DNA of 64,000 bases from Octopus sinensis (GCF_006345805.1 NW_021832610.1:39891-103890); one strand, 5' to 3'; numbered from the stretch's first letter, positions 41,024 through 54,360 are shown. The notes: generated from the letters alone by a model not told the origin. Program-made: numbers and translations.

Positions 41024-41942
41024 GTGGATTTAGTCAGCATATATATACTTCATGAAATGGCTGACCAGTTCCCAGACATCTGTAGAGGTCTATATCGTGA
41101 TGATTGTTTGCTTTACCTCCAAAACATTTCCAATCAAAAAATACAGAAGGTTAAGAATAGGTTAGTTAGGTTTGTTCATAGAATGGGCTTTCACATCGTT
41201 TTTGACGATGAGATAACTGAAGCTAACTTCTTAGATATTACTCTTAATTTGCATAATAACTCATACTTCCCATACCACAAACCTTCCACCAATCTCAAGT
41301 ATATTAATCCATCCAGTAATCATACTAGGGCAATTACTAAGAATTTAGTTAAAAACATTTCAGTTAGATTGTCTGAACTGTCCGCCAATGTTGACATTTT
41401 TAATGACAATGCAGAATTTTCTAACTCTGCCTTAGTTAAAGCAGGGTATAAAGAAAAGTTACATACATTGATTCTGCTCAATCTCATCCTTCATCTACTA
41501 TTCGAAACAAGAAATCTAGTTTTAATAAGAAGAGTGATTTTAATTCTAATATTGACAACAGCACAAAACATGATAAAATTCCTTTACAGAGTAAGGGAGG
41601 CAACCGTTATCTAAGCCCATTTTTTCACTCTAGAGGCAATTCACCGTTCTTTATAGATAGTACTACTTATAAATTGACTGTTACTGGCAAAAGTATTTGG
41701 TTTGTTATTCTATATGGAAGGCAAATTAAATCTAATCTTCCTTTGCAATTCCTTGAAGTGGTTGGTAAGAACTTTCCAAAAAATTCTAGATATCATCCAA
41801 TTATTAATTCTCATATAGTTAGAGTTGCTTTCTCCAACACAAAGAATCTTTCACAAATTATATCTTCTCATAATACCAGTCTGCTAAATAAAAGTTCATT
41901 TTCTGAGAGTTCCAACATTAATTTTGTTAATACCAGCCCTTC

Positions 41943-41986
<44 letters not shown>

Positions 41987-42430
41987 GTAATAATAACATA
42001 GTTTTGGTCTCTGAGGACAACCCCAAAAGAATTAAATTTATTTCTAATAATTCTAAGATTAAGAATTCTATATACCAATGTAAAATTTCTTGCGGTACCG
42101 ATGTCTACTTCTGCATTGGTACCTCCTCTTCCCAATTATCTAAGAGAATTTCCAATCATTATTCTTCATTTAGGGATAGCAGTAAATGTTATAGCACAGG
42201 GCTAAGTAAATTGGTTTGGTAACTTAAAGACAACAATAAGGATTTTAAGTTAGATTGGTTCATCCTGTCCATATCTTTTCCTTACGATAAGGGCAAAGGA
42301 TTTTGTAACATTTTCAACTCTGAACTCTTCCATATTCTCTTCCCTAAGAATCATCTTGTTAACACACTTATAGAGCGATCTTACAGATGTAAGCACTGGC
42401 AGAAACATACCTTTAGCTCATATAAGTGAT
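41024..42430 (+). pseudogene. 5'-truncated Penelope-like element: RT plus GIY-YIG endonuclease, disrupted
   Basis: GLYRDDCL...NFLDITLNL...PYHKP...YINPSSNH (RT). SIYQCKISCG...CIGTS...KRISNHYSSFR...TGLSKLVW (GIY-YIG). An (AAT)n expansion lies inside. Confidence 0.88.
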
Positions 42431-42700
42431 TTTTACCAGTCTTTATAGTTTGAACATTTAGTTCACCTTGCCTTTTACTTCAATAGAGAAATCTACTTCC
42501 AAGACTTTGAACATTTTTTTAACCAATATATCCCTCTTTATTTGTTCTCTACTTATTATTTCTTTACCCCTTCTCTTCCTAGGGTCTGCCTTTGACGTTG
42601 GATCTACTAATGGTTTTGAAAAAATTCTTAATAGTGTTCTGTTTATCATTTATGCAGTCATCAAAATTGTTATACTGTCTTGCTGTCGAGATAGGTTCTC

Positions 42701-42795
42701 TTTCTTTCCTGATGAGAAGATTACATTATTTTACACCGTTTATTCCTTTTTTGAATAAAACCAATGTTGTCTTCGAAACATATGTCAAAAGTAAA
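42701..42795 (+). ncRNA. Hammerhead ribozyme motif in the 3' pLTR-like region of the Penelope-like element
   Basis: CTGATGA at 42709-42715. Long stem II gaagattacatt/aatgttgtcttc with apical tattc/gaata. GAA, then palindromic ACATATGT (42778-42785) and C at 42786 (GUC site). Stem I is imperfect. Confidence 0.7.
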
Positions 42796-43002
42796 GGAAT
42801 TTGAATAACACCTGCGTTCAACTCCATTTATTTACTTATACTATACAAATTACTGCACATTAACCCAGAGTTTCTACCTTTGAATAGGTCGCTACATCCT
42901 TGTTACATGCATGAATTTTGCTAATTGAATTTTCCATGTTAACAGTAAACAAAGGATAGTTCATTAATCCATTTACATATGTATATATATGTATATATAT
43001 AT

Positions 43003-43955
43003 GTCAGTCCACCTGTGCATACCTTCCTTCCTTCTTGTGACACTTGTGAAGACCTGTTGAGGCAAGTGATAATCAAATCAAATCAAGTCAAAATAGATGA
43101 ACATCAATGGAATTTGTGTCTTTGTGGTACCAGGGCCGGTGGCACACAGGAAAACCATCCGAACGTGGCCGTGGCCAGTGCCGCATCGACTGGCCTCCGT
43201 GCTGTGGGCACGCAACAAACACCATCCGATCGTGGACGTTTGCCAGCCTCATCTGGCACCTGTGTCGGTGGCACATAAAAACCTGTGTCGGTGGCACATA
43301 AAAACACCGTCCGAAGACCCGGCAAGACTAGTCAGGCCATAACCCGTGGCCCCTGCCTGGGACGTTGTCAGTCCACCTGTGCATACCTTCCTTCTTGTGA
43401 CAATTGTGAAGACCTGTTGAGGCAAGTGAAAATCAAATCAAAATAGATGAACATCAATGGAATTTGTATCTTTGTGGTACCAGCGCCGGTGGCACACAAG
43501 AAAATCATCCGAACGTGGCCGTAGCCAGTACCGCATAGACTGGCCTCCGTGCTTTGGGGACGTAACAAACACCATCCGATCGTGGCCGTCCGCCAGCCTC
43601 ATCTGGCACCTGTGTCGGTGGCACATAAAAACACCATCCGAGCGTGGCCGTTCGCCAGCCTCAACTGGCACCTGTGTCGGTGCCAGCCTCATCTGGCACC
43701 TGTGTCGGTGGCACATAAAAACACCATCCGAGCGTGGCCGTTCGCCAGCCTCGACTGGCACCTGTGTCGGTGGCACATAAAATCACCCACTACACTCTCG
43801 GAGTGGTTGGCGTTAGGAAGGGCATCCAGCTGTAGAAACACTGCCAGATCTGACTGGCCTGGTGCAGCCTTCGGGCTCCCCAGACCCCAGTTGAACCGTC
43901 CAACCCATGCTAGCATGGAAAACGGACGCTAAATGATGATGATGATGATGATGAT
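43003..43955 (+). mobile_element. RTE-type 3' UTR copy with internal tandem duplications
   Basis: gtcagtccacctgtgcatacc occurs at ~43003 and ~43367. ggcacctgtgtcggtggcacataaaa units repeat. (gat)n tail. Confidence 0.75.
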
Positions 43956-44099
43956 ACATATATATAGATAGAAATGGTAAGACAACAAAAGAATGAAAGA
44001 GACCTCGATATTATGTAAATAAAGGAATTTATTTGTAATCTTCCATATGGACTTATTTGTCTGTATCTGTATTCTGTATTTCTGTATTCTGTTACAGGT

Positions 44100-44152
<53 letters not shown>

Positions 44153-44154
<2 letters not shown>

Positions 44155-45106
44155 CCTAGAACCATGCTAATAGCTTAGGAGTGAAATTTTGGATTTCTCG
44201 GTTTTCTGCGAATCAATTTTGATAAAGCGTTTCCTAGTTGGTTTGCACACTATGCCAACACCATTGTTATGTTTTCATTCTGTGTAACGTCCTTTCTTTT
44301 TTATTTCAAATTCTTTAATTTATGGGTGAACCATGCTAATAGCCCATCTAAGCATTTTTTTTAGAAAATGAAGGGTAATGATACATATTAAGCATATATT
44401 GAGTATATATTTAAAAGAAAACCTTAATATTATGACATTTTTTGACATAATGAATTATTTAGCCACATGAGCACCATTTTGCTGAATAACATCAAGAACC
44501 CTATTAGTCATGGAATCTAGGGTTACTCTAGTTTCGTCAGTGAACAGAACACAACTCAAGTCTAATGTCATGGCCCATTTGGGTCCATTGAAACCTTAAA
44601 CTCCTGTGAGGCGGCAGTTTCAGGAGTTCTTGCATGGAAGCCATGGTCCCAAGGATATAATTTCTGGTGGTTTTTGGTACATGAGGACATCTGAAGGCAG
44701 TGAGAATGGCTTTGCTTGTTTTTCCAGGTTTCCCAATATAAACTTACACCCTATATTTCTTAAATTCCCAGCTGCCACAGTCTTGGAGGTCCCACAATCG
44801 GATTGTTTCTTCCTTGGCACTCATGTGGATAAATAATTCATTATGTTATAAATGTTATATTATTATGTTAAATATATTATTATATATTATTATGTTATTA
44901 TTATATATTATTATGTTAAGTATGTACTCAATGTCTAGATGGGCTATTTTCATTCAAAAGCTATTAGTGTGGTTCATCCCAAAACTGAAGAATCTGAAAT
45001 AAAAAAAGTTGTGCAAACCAGCTGGGAAAAGTTTTAACAAAATCGATTCTCAGAAAACTGAGAAATCCTAAATTTCACTTCTAAGCTATTATTGTGGTTC
45101 TGGGTG
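44153..45106 (-). mobile_element. Non-autonomous Tc1-like element with ~100-bp TIRs
   Basis: TA-flanked inverted ends 44153-44250 and 45005-45106. The - strand reads MPRKK... and LSCVLFTDETRVTLD (first catalytic D region). Confidence 0.8.
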
Positions 45107-45257
45107 TATATATAAAACATATTTGTATTGAAATAACAGATGTTAAATGATGATGATGATGTTATATATATATATATATATATATATTCAGTGATATGAC
45201 CTTTAATGAGTTTGCATGGAGCCAAATCAAACTATTTTAAATAATATTATCTGTGTG

Positions 45258-45297
<40 letters not shown>

Positions 45298-45710
45298 TGT
45301 GTTTGTGTGTGTGTGGGTGCTTGTATCTCATTTTCTTAACATTATGTGATAGCTGCATATCAGTGTCACTATCATGGAAGTGGTATCATTAGTCTGTTGT
45401 TGTCATTGAATAGAAGTCCAGAGAAAGGGAACCATTTCCTTACATGGGAATAGGTGAAGATTGTTGGCCGACTGCAGAAACATCCATCAGACTCATGCAA
45501 AAGTTATAGAGGTGGTGGTGGTGATGATGATGATGATGACGACGACAATTACGATGATGATGATGATGATGATGTAGAAAGCAATGATATTTTTTAAAAG
45601 ACATTGGTAAAGAAAGAATTTGGTGTAACTGAGTGTAATTGAATACTTCAGGGCATGGTGTCTGCTGCTGCAATTTATATTATTAACAATGGTGTTTTCT
45701 TATATTACAG

Positions 45711-45859
45711 GACTTATGTAGACAAGCTTGGTCATGTTGAATACTGTTGTATTTGCCACAAAGATTTTGAGAGGACTGACGTAATACATGAATGTTACTT
45801 AAAAAATAAAAATGATGCTCGTCTACCATTTTGCAATTGCTATAAAGGCATATTTCCAG
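45711..45859 (+). CDS. Candidate exon A of a cysteine-rich host gene (TYVDKLGHVEYCCICHKDFERTDVIHECYLKNKNDARLPFCNCYKGIFP)
   Basis: Acceptor ttttcttatattacag| with an upstream ttaac; donor ccag|gtatgt; phase-1 exit. An alternative start is the ATG at 45655 or the acceptor at 45651. Confidence 0.55.
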
Positions 45860-47180
45860 GTATGTATAATGTTTGTTTAGCGTTTTAACATCCTGCTATG
45901 AAAGGATTCTGACCACCCTCCAGTGACCAAGGGTGGACTGACTCATTATTATAAAATGAAGAACAGTGAGTGATTGGCAGTTCATGTTGGTAAGCAGTTC
46001 ACTGTGAGTCTGTTGATATAGAGTGTTGAATTTTGTGTAAAGCAATAATTATGCATCATGTGTACACTTTTCTTCCCTCTTGATTCGCTATATATCTAAT
46101 ACAAAGATATAAAACATCCTGAGCTGCTCTATGTTTCTTTCACAAGTGTGTAATTTTTTCATTATTTCGAGTCGGTCTGGTCATCCCATAGATGTTCTCT
46201 TATTAGCTTGAGTTAGTTGTTGTTCATTAGTCTCGAGTCGCTTGATTTTGTTACAGTTCTTAAGGCTGTGATCACTGTGTTCAGATTTATTCATTTCAGT
46301 ATGTACCTAGAACTACATTATTCAGTTTAACCCTTTCGTTACTATATTTCTGACCAAAATACACCCCTTTTGTGTTTCAATTAATTTCTAACATAATCAT
46401 AAATTTAGTCTGGTTTCATTAAACAACTATAACTTTTTTATTTATCAATATTTAAATATGAATTTCAATGCAAATATTGTTAGTATGTTCATGAAAACAC
46501 ATGGTTTTACTATGAAAACAATTGAATTACACTGTCCTATATTATATTATGAAATATTTGAACTCTGCTAATTTTTGAAGATGTTTTCCATTTCTTTTTC
46601 TACTTCTGTTTTTTGAAAATTTTCATTATGAATGAAAGGTAGATACTAGTTTCATGTTATCAAGCAGTAAATTTGAATTCAAAATATTTTTGAAAGAAGA
46701 TATAGAAAAATTTAGCAAAATAAGGATCATATATTTCTTTTCCCAAATGAGAGAGAATTCTAATAACAGTTCCAATAATGATAAAAAAATGAATTTGTAC
46801 CTGAATGCAGTAAGAATTTAAAAGCTGTTTTTCTTAGTTATTTTTAGGAGTAGACTAGACCTAGCCACAATCGTTCTAAAGAAACAAAATTGTTAGAATT
46901 TAAAATTTTTTTTCCTTTGAAATGAATCATTATGCAGAATGTAAACAAAAAGGGAAAAAAGTTTCTGATCCCTTACATGTTTAGAAGAAATCTGAGCATC
47001 TTTAAGGAATATCGTGTGTGTATGTGTGTAATTTGATTAGAAATATTTTTTCAAATTTACCTTGTTTTTATTTTTCTATTTACCTATAGTTTTAATTTAC
47101 TGAAAAGGTATGTGCCAAATTTTGATGAATTTTTATTGTGAATCATTATTATATGTGTTTTATGTGTTTCTGCTCATTTA

Positions 47181-48346
47181 CGAGGTGGTGTCAAAAGATT
47201 CCAGGACTAGTTATGTTTAATAATAAAAAATAACTTATTTAACTATGTTTTAACATCATCTCTTTCGAAATAGTCACCTTGCACAGCAATACACTGGTCC
47301 CAGCATTTCTGCCACTTGTGGAATCCATCGTGGAAGTCGTTTTTTGTAAGCAATTCAAGGACCTCCTGTGATTCACTCTGGATCTTGACAACAGCATTAA
47401 AACAGTGACCTCTGAGCTGCATTTTCATCTTGGGGAAGAGATATAAGTCCACAGGTTCTAAATCTGGTGAATAGAACAGGCCCAGAAGTGATACCATGTT
47501 TTTTTTGGTGAAAAATTCATGAGTGAGGAGAGTTTGGTGACAGGGTGCATTGTTGTTATGAAAAATCCGATTCTTTGCGCCCCACAGATCCAGTTGCTTT
47601 TGTTGAATGTCCTTCTTCAAACACTTCAAAACGTTGCATAGAATTCTCAATTGATGATCTGACCCTGAGGGATGAATTTTCAATGCACAATACCACAGTT
47701 CTTGGGGTGATGTTTGTGGTAGGTTTTCTAAATAAATGTGCTGTTTTAAAGCCTAGCCAGGATCATGGGCCTGGTTTCTTGGTTTCTATGGTGTATGTGT
47801 TCCCCAGCTGGGTGGGACACCAGTCCATTGCAGCGTTACTCATTTTTGCCAGCTGAGTGGACTGGAGCAACATGAAATGAAGTGCTTTGCTCAAGAATAC
47901 AATGCGTCGCCTGGTCCAGGAATTGAAACCACAATCTTACGATCATGGTGCTGACGCCCTAACCACTAAGCCATGCACTTCCATGGTAGGTCTTCTAGAG
48001 TGCTTATTGTCTTCCAGTGGATGTTCTTCTGCTTTTGAAGCACCCATACTTCTTGAAATGTTGCATACAACCCAATGCATGCTCAGTCCTTCTGTAGTAG
48101 GGTTTACCAAGTTTGACACAAAGTTTCACGTTGGCCCTTTGTTCCTGTCCAGGACAAAATCACAGACTACAGAATATGTGTGCTCACAAAAACACAAATT
48201 TCACAACTTGTGAACTAAACACAGTGATATCATTTGGCACACTATGGCTTGAAAGTCACTGCTAGCTCTCACTGTGCTCACAACTATGTGCTGCCATCTG
48301 TTAGTGCATGATAGAACTAGTCTGGAAACTTTTTGATACCACCTCA
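47181..48346 (-). mobile_element. Defective mariner element with nested SINE
   Basis: TIRs cgaggtggtgtcaaaagattccaggactag / ctagtctggaaactttttgataccacctca. ORF 47243-47683 reads HNNNAPCH...YSPDLEPVDLYLFPKMK...GDYFE. Confidence 0.85.
47750..47982 (-). mobile_element. tRNA-headed CORE-like SINE inserted in the mariner
   Basis: The - strand reads ggaagtgcatggcttagtggttagggcgtc...ttcaattcctgg...ttcttgagcaaagcacttc. Confidence 0.65.
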
Positions 48347-49056
48347 CACGCATGTGTGCTTATTTCGTTTAGTTGATAATATTTGTGTGTTTCATTTTCT
48401 TGTTTTGTTCAAAGATAAATACCAATGGTATAAACTTGTCTTATGTGCATTAAATCCACCTGATAGATTATCCAATAATTTCCACAATTCTTTATATTAG
48501 CATTTTGTTGTATGCCCAGTTGACTATTAACTAATAAGTAATTTTCTATGGTGATGTTTAAATAAACTTTAAATAAGTTTATATTTTGTTGAATTTACCT
48601 ACAATCAGATTCACTTTGAGTAAGTATCAATATAGAGTGCTGTAGAAGTGAGACAAAAACAGTTTGACCACACAAAAACACACTTTTCATGTCAAAATAC
48701 ACTTTTTCCATTGAAAATTATGCATCAGTTGAAAATTCTGGTTGTGAACTTTTTTTTTACATAGTTTTGATCAAAATCTGACACTTTTCATGCCAGAATC
48801 TCTCAATCACCATGGTATTTCCACGTATTGAAGTCCGTTCCTGCTAAGCCGATTTAGCCTCTTTCATCTTTCCTTGGTGTACCTCTTCTAATTTACTAAA
48901 GGCACTCTAAGGCTTTTGTAATACTGTTGTATTACGATAGCATAGGCTTACGTGTACTTCTCATACTGACTTACTTGAAGACACTGTTCTACTGCATGGG
49001 CTTTAGCTACTATGGTCTGTGCTTAGCAGGGTCCCTTGACTTCTTTAAAAAAATAA

Positions 49057-49290
49057 GGCGGCGAGCTGGCAGAAACGTTAGCACGCCGGGCGAAATGCTT
49101 AGCGGTATTTCGTCTGCATTACGTTGTGAGTTCAAATTCCGCCGAGGTCGACTTTGCCTTTCATCCTTTCGGGGTCGATAAATTAAGTACCAGTTACGCA
49201 CTGGGGTCGATGTAATCGACTTAATACCTATGTCTGTCCTTGTTTGTCCCCTCTGTGTTTAGCCCCTTGTGGGTAATAACGAAATAGGTA
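49057..49290 (+). mobile_element. SINE family S1
   Basis: Complete, little-diverged copy. Confidence 0.8.
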
Positions 49291-51899
49291 TTTCCACGTA
49301 TTCACAAAGTTCATCCTTTTTTCTTTTATTTATTTCTGACTGCTGAACAGTAGCTCTTGTTCTAGTTCAATGCACAGGAATGCTATAACTTGATTTGTGT
49401 TGAAAATCATAGTTGTGAAAAGGACTTCGCTTTGCTTTATTTTGCTATAAAAATTAGTATGGGTAGGTTAGAAAATCATTATGAAATATATAAGTGAAAA
49501 TTTTATCATTAATTTTCACTAAGAAAAGAACATATTTTCTTCAAGATTTTTATATCACAAGAAAGAAAAATTTCTCATGAATTCTATATGCTCTTTGCTG
49601 AATCCAGCCATAATTTAGTGAAAAAGTGCAAAAGTCAATAAGGAAGATGGTATACTGATGCTAATTGTCAAACTGACATATTCCCACACAGCGAGAGGTC
49701 AAATGGAAAATGAATCCAGGGCTTCAAATATAGAATTTGAGCTGGAAATTTCAAGAAATGGACGAATCAATTATGAAATAAACATATTTGCACAAAATTC
49801 GCACTAAATTGAGCTACCTAAGTCTTCTAGATCCCCAAATTAGAATAGACTCATTGCACTGAGAATCTTCATTTCCTTTTGTTGTTTTAACAAAATATGG
49901 ACAATGGCATCTCAATTTTACCTAGTACATGCACATGTAAATTTTGCTTTTCTTTGCAAAATATTGGTCAAATTGTACCAATAAAAATTATATTGTGCAA
50001 GGAATATCATGTTGTTGACTATTAAATTCAGATGTGAAGATTTTAAATATAGTTGGACAATTTTTGGTAGTGTTTACAAATTCGTTTTGATTTTTCTCCC
50101 TCTCTCCTAATGAGTTTGCTGTAAGTTACATGGTTTTAATGTCTTTAATTTATGTTTTGAATGCTAAAAGCAAGGATTTAGTTTCACATTTTGTTTGTTT
50201 TTCAGGTGGTCGTGGGATGTGCTAGTAAAAACAACTAAATCTCCCTTAAATCACACACTTTTTCATTTGAAAATATAAAAAAAAATTTTTTAATTAAAAA
50301 GGCTTCAGCTATTGTTTTTAAGTTTGTAGTGCAAAATCAGTTCATATTGAGGTGGGTGGAGAGGGGAAGTGGAGGGAAATCATAAATTTTCAAAATTTTT
50401 TTTTAATAAAAAGTTTCCCCACCATCATTTCAAAAGCTGTGATGGAAAAAAAAATGGAAAAATCCCTGACAAAATGGAGAAATTCCAACTTATGTGGGTG
50501 TCTTGATCTGAAATTCTGCTGTTTATATCCACTTTTAATAGTCCATTAAAATTTTATTGAGATGGTGTCGTGTCTCAAAATCTCAGGATTTATTTAGCTT
50601 TATCTCTACTATCAACATGCCAAAACTCAGTCTCTGTAGCTTGTACTTTTACATTTAGCTAGGTCTGAAAACTCCATGAAACTGACTGTTAGTTACATAT
50701 AACAAATTAGTGTTTACATAAATAGGGTCTGAAAATTCCACGAAACTGACTGTTAATTACATATAACAAATTAGTTGCTTGACTTTAATCAGTTGAGCAT
50801 GTCTCTTAATGGCCAAACTATATGTGCATCTTTGATCGTACATCACTGATCATGAGCAGAAGTAGTTGGGGAGCATCATAGCCATGTGTTGAGAAGAATT
50901 CTTTGTTTTGAATAATTCACCTTTGGAAACACGGGTGTTTCTTTCAACATCCTTAAATAACCCTTATTCAGGGACCTTTTGAGTGGGATGGGCTACTCGA
51001 CCTGAAGAAAATTCTAACTGGGCCCCCACCTGCAAGGTCATGCATTGTTTATCTTGATATGAGATCACCATGTCACGCACATATTTTGTGATGCATGTGC
51101 CTGGTGTACCCTTATCAGACGGGTAGTCATGATGAGTATACTGGGCTCTGTATATTTTACCCCAGTGACACTTCAATAGTATGAAAAAAAAATCTTGGTA
51201 TAAAAGATAGTCTACAGCAAATATTCTGCTCAATACCACAGATTTGCTAGTCAGTTGCTTAACCTTAGCCAGTTGAGCATGTCCCTTGGTGGCTGACAAT
51301 ATGTGCATCTCTGATCAAGAATGGAAGTAGTTGGGGAGCATTATAGCCATGTATTGAGAGGAATCCTTTGGGGTTTGAATAATTCACCTCTGGAAACAGG
51401 GGTGTTTCATTCAACAACCTTAAACAACCCTTATTCAGGGATGTTACGCCAACCACTTTTCTGAGTGAACTGGATGCTTCTAACATTATACCAGTACCAG
51501 TAAGGTCACCAAGTAACTTGCAACTTGCAAGACAAAGATCCTTTGAGAGGAGGAGGACTGTATTGAAGGAGGTGGCTTTGTGCTGTGTGAAGAGAGGTTA
51601 GCATATGACAGATGGACAGAAACAAGTGGAATTCCAACCATGTTTTGTGGTTCATTACCTCAACAACTCCTTTATAGGATCTAGTGGCTAAAGACATCAT
51701 CAGGTGGAACCACGTCTGGTTTTGGCCCCTACTTGTTTACCGTTTTTGATATGGTGGGCCCTCATCTTTTGGAGATGTCTGCAGCTCTGGTGTCAAGTGT
51801 GTTTTTTCCTTTCTCCTTTTTTCTTTTGTTCTTTGGTTTCTTCAATGCAGCATCAATGAATGTCAGCGGGCGAATGACCATCCTGCCAAATTTCCCTTT

Positions 51900-52962
51900 A
51901 AATACTCACTAGTAGGCTCCTTGCCTTTGTGAGGCCCAATGCTTGAAAGGTGCTTTTATGTCCCACCAGCACAGGTTCCATTTGCATGGCCCTGGTATAT
52001 GCCACAAGGCGGCAAGCTGGTAGAAACGGTAGCATGCCGGGCAAAATGCTTAGCAGTATTTCGTCTGTCTTTACATTCTGAGTTCAAATTCTGCTGAGGT
52101 CGACCTTGTCTTTTATCCTTTCGGGGTCGATAAATTAAGTACCAGTTACACACTGGTGTCGATATAATCGACTTAATCCGTTTGTCTGTCCTTGTTTGTT
52201 CCCTCTGTGTTTAGCCCCTTGTGGGTAGTAAAAAAATAGGTATGTGCCACAAATGTGATTTTACTTGGCTTGTTGAATCTTCTCAAGCACAACATAATGC
52301 CAAAGGTCTTATCATTGTCTCTGTGAGACCCAACATTCGAAAGGACCTCAACCACTTTGCCTCCGTGAGGCTCAATGCTTGAAAGGTACTTTTTATGTGC
52401 CACCTGCATGGGTGCAGGTTACATGATACCAGCATCAGTCACAACTGCGATTTCACTTGGTTTGATCGGTCTTCTCAAGCACAACTTATCGCCAAAGGTC
52501 TTGGTCTCTAGTCATTGTCTCAGTGAGGACCAAAGTTCACAGATCATGATTCACCACCTCATCCCAAGTCTTCCTGAGGCTACCTCTACCACAGGTTTGC
52601 TCCATAGTTAGGTTACGGCACTCCTTTACACAGCTGTCCTCAGCCATATGCATCCCATGACCATACCAGCACATTTGTCTCTCCTGCACACCACATATGA
52701 TGCTTCTCATGCCTCACATTCTTTCAACATGCTTACACTCTGTCGAACATGTACAGTGACACTGCACATCCAGCTTTCTATGTACCCACTACACTCACGG
52801 AGTGGTTGGCGCTAGGAAGGGCATCCAGCTGTAGAAACACTGCCAGATCAGACTGGAGCCTGGTGCAGCCTCCTGACTTCCTAGACCCCTGTCGAACTGT
52901 CCAACCCATGCCAATATGGAAAACGGACGTTAAACGATGATGAGGATGATGATGATGATGAT
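51900..52962. mobile_element. RTE LINE insertion: inverted 5' part (51900-52745, -) plus sense tail (52780-52962, +), with an S1 SINE nested at 52008-52242
   Basis: - strand 52520-52745 translates CWYGHGMHMAEDSCVKECRN...CGRGSLRKTWDEVVNHDL. The + tail ends in (gat)n. Confidence 0.6.
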
Positions 52963-53280
52963 GTATATATTGAGAAAAATGGTAATCAGAATTTTGGAGA
53001 ATTCTTTTTATTTATTCATTATTATTAGCGCCCCCCCCCCCAACAAAAACAATGTTCTCCTCTTCTAAACAAAACCCCCCAAAAACATCTGTTTTATATA
53101 AATGAACAAGATGTTTGTACATTCACAAAATTCTATTTGACAAGTTCAAGAAATGAATGAAAGCACTAATAATAATGAAGAAATGAAAAAATTTTTTTCC
53201 AAAATTCTGGCACCCCTTTTTTCTCAATATTCAATATCTGTACACCACACCTAACACTCTGTACATACATACATACATAC

Positions 53281-53335
<55 letters not shown>

Positions 53336-53347
53336 ATATATATATAG

Positions 53348-53382
<35 letters not shown>

Positions 53383-53390
53383 TGTATATA

Positions 53391-53426
<36 letters not shown>

Positions 53427-53635
53427 GTACTAATACATACTAGTACATACTAATACTTACACCAACCCTATACATACACACGTCCAGACCCCGCATACGC
53501 ACTTATACTCTCTCACACACACACACACATACCTATACATACCAATACGTACTAATACATACTAATACATACTAATACATACACCAACCCCATACATACG
53601 CACGTCCAGACCAATCTTACGCACTAATACTCTCT

Positions 53636-53678
<43 letters not shown>

Positions 53679-53920
53679 ATACATACTAATACATACTAAT
53701 ACATACACCAACCCTATACATACACACATCCAGACCCCTCCCACGCACTTTTAGCTGGTCCCTCAACCCTTTATCAACCCTATTATCTCCCCTTATTTCG
53801 CTCTCGCGTCTCATGTTTGATCTTTGACCTCTGGCCGAAATCAGATCGCCATGTTGATTCGTTAGCTACTGCACGCATTTTTTTTCTCTCCTTCTTTCTG
53901 TGTTTTTCTCTCTCTGTGTA

Positions 53921-53958
53921 TCTTTCTGTTGAAGAGCGTAGGCTCGAAACGTTAAAGA
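53921..53958 (+). ncRNA. Minimal hammerhead-like motif, second copy of the 21743 family, with A6->U in the core
   Basis: tcttt-CTGTTGA-a-gagc(gtag)gctc-GAA-ACGT-T-aaaga. Perfect 5-bp stem I. Confidence 0.5.
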
Positions 53959-54075
53959 CTTGTTTTATTTATATTTCCTGAGCGCCATACTAATACAATT
54001 GTTCGTTTGTTTTCCACCTGCCTTCGTCTTTGTTTATTTTCATAAAGCTTCCCGTTATATATATATATATTATAT

Positions 54076-54129
<54 letters not shown>

Positions 54130-54151
54130 ATATATATTATATATATAATAT

Positions 54152-54194
<43 letters not shown>

Positions 54195-54247
54195 GTATAT
54201 ATATATGTATATAATATATATATATATGTATATATATGTATATAATA

Positions 54248-54308
<61 letters not shown>

Positions 54309-54360
54309 TATATATATATATACACACACACATACATACACATGTATATTTTTGTTTCAG

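Noticed and set aside
41024-42430. Selenocysteine read-through as in some Naiad Penelope-like elements
   Set aside because: The interruptions I could read are TAA stops and frameshifts, not in-frame TGA, and no SECIS was recognised.
46327-46480. piggyBac-like left end TTAA|CCCTTTCGTTAC
   Set aside because: No matching right TIR with TTAA was found, so it is not listed as a feature.
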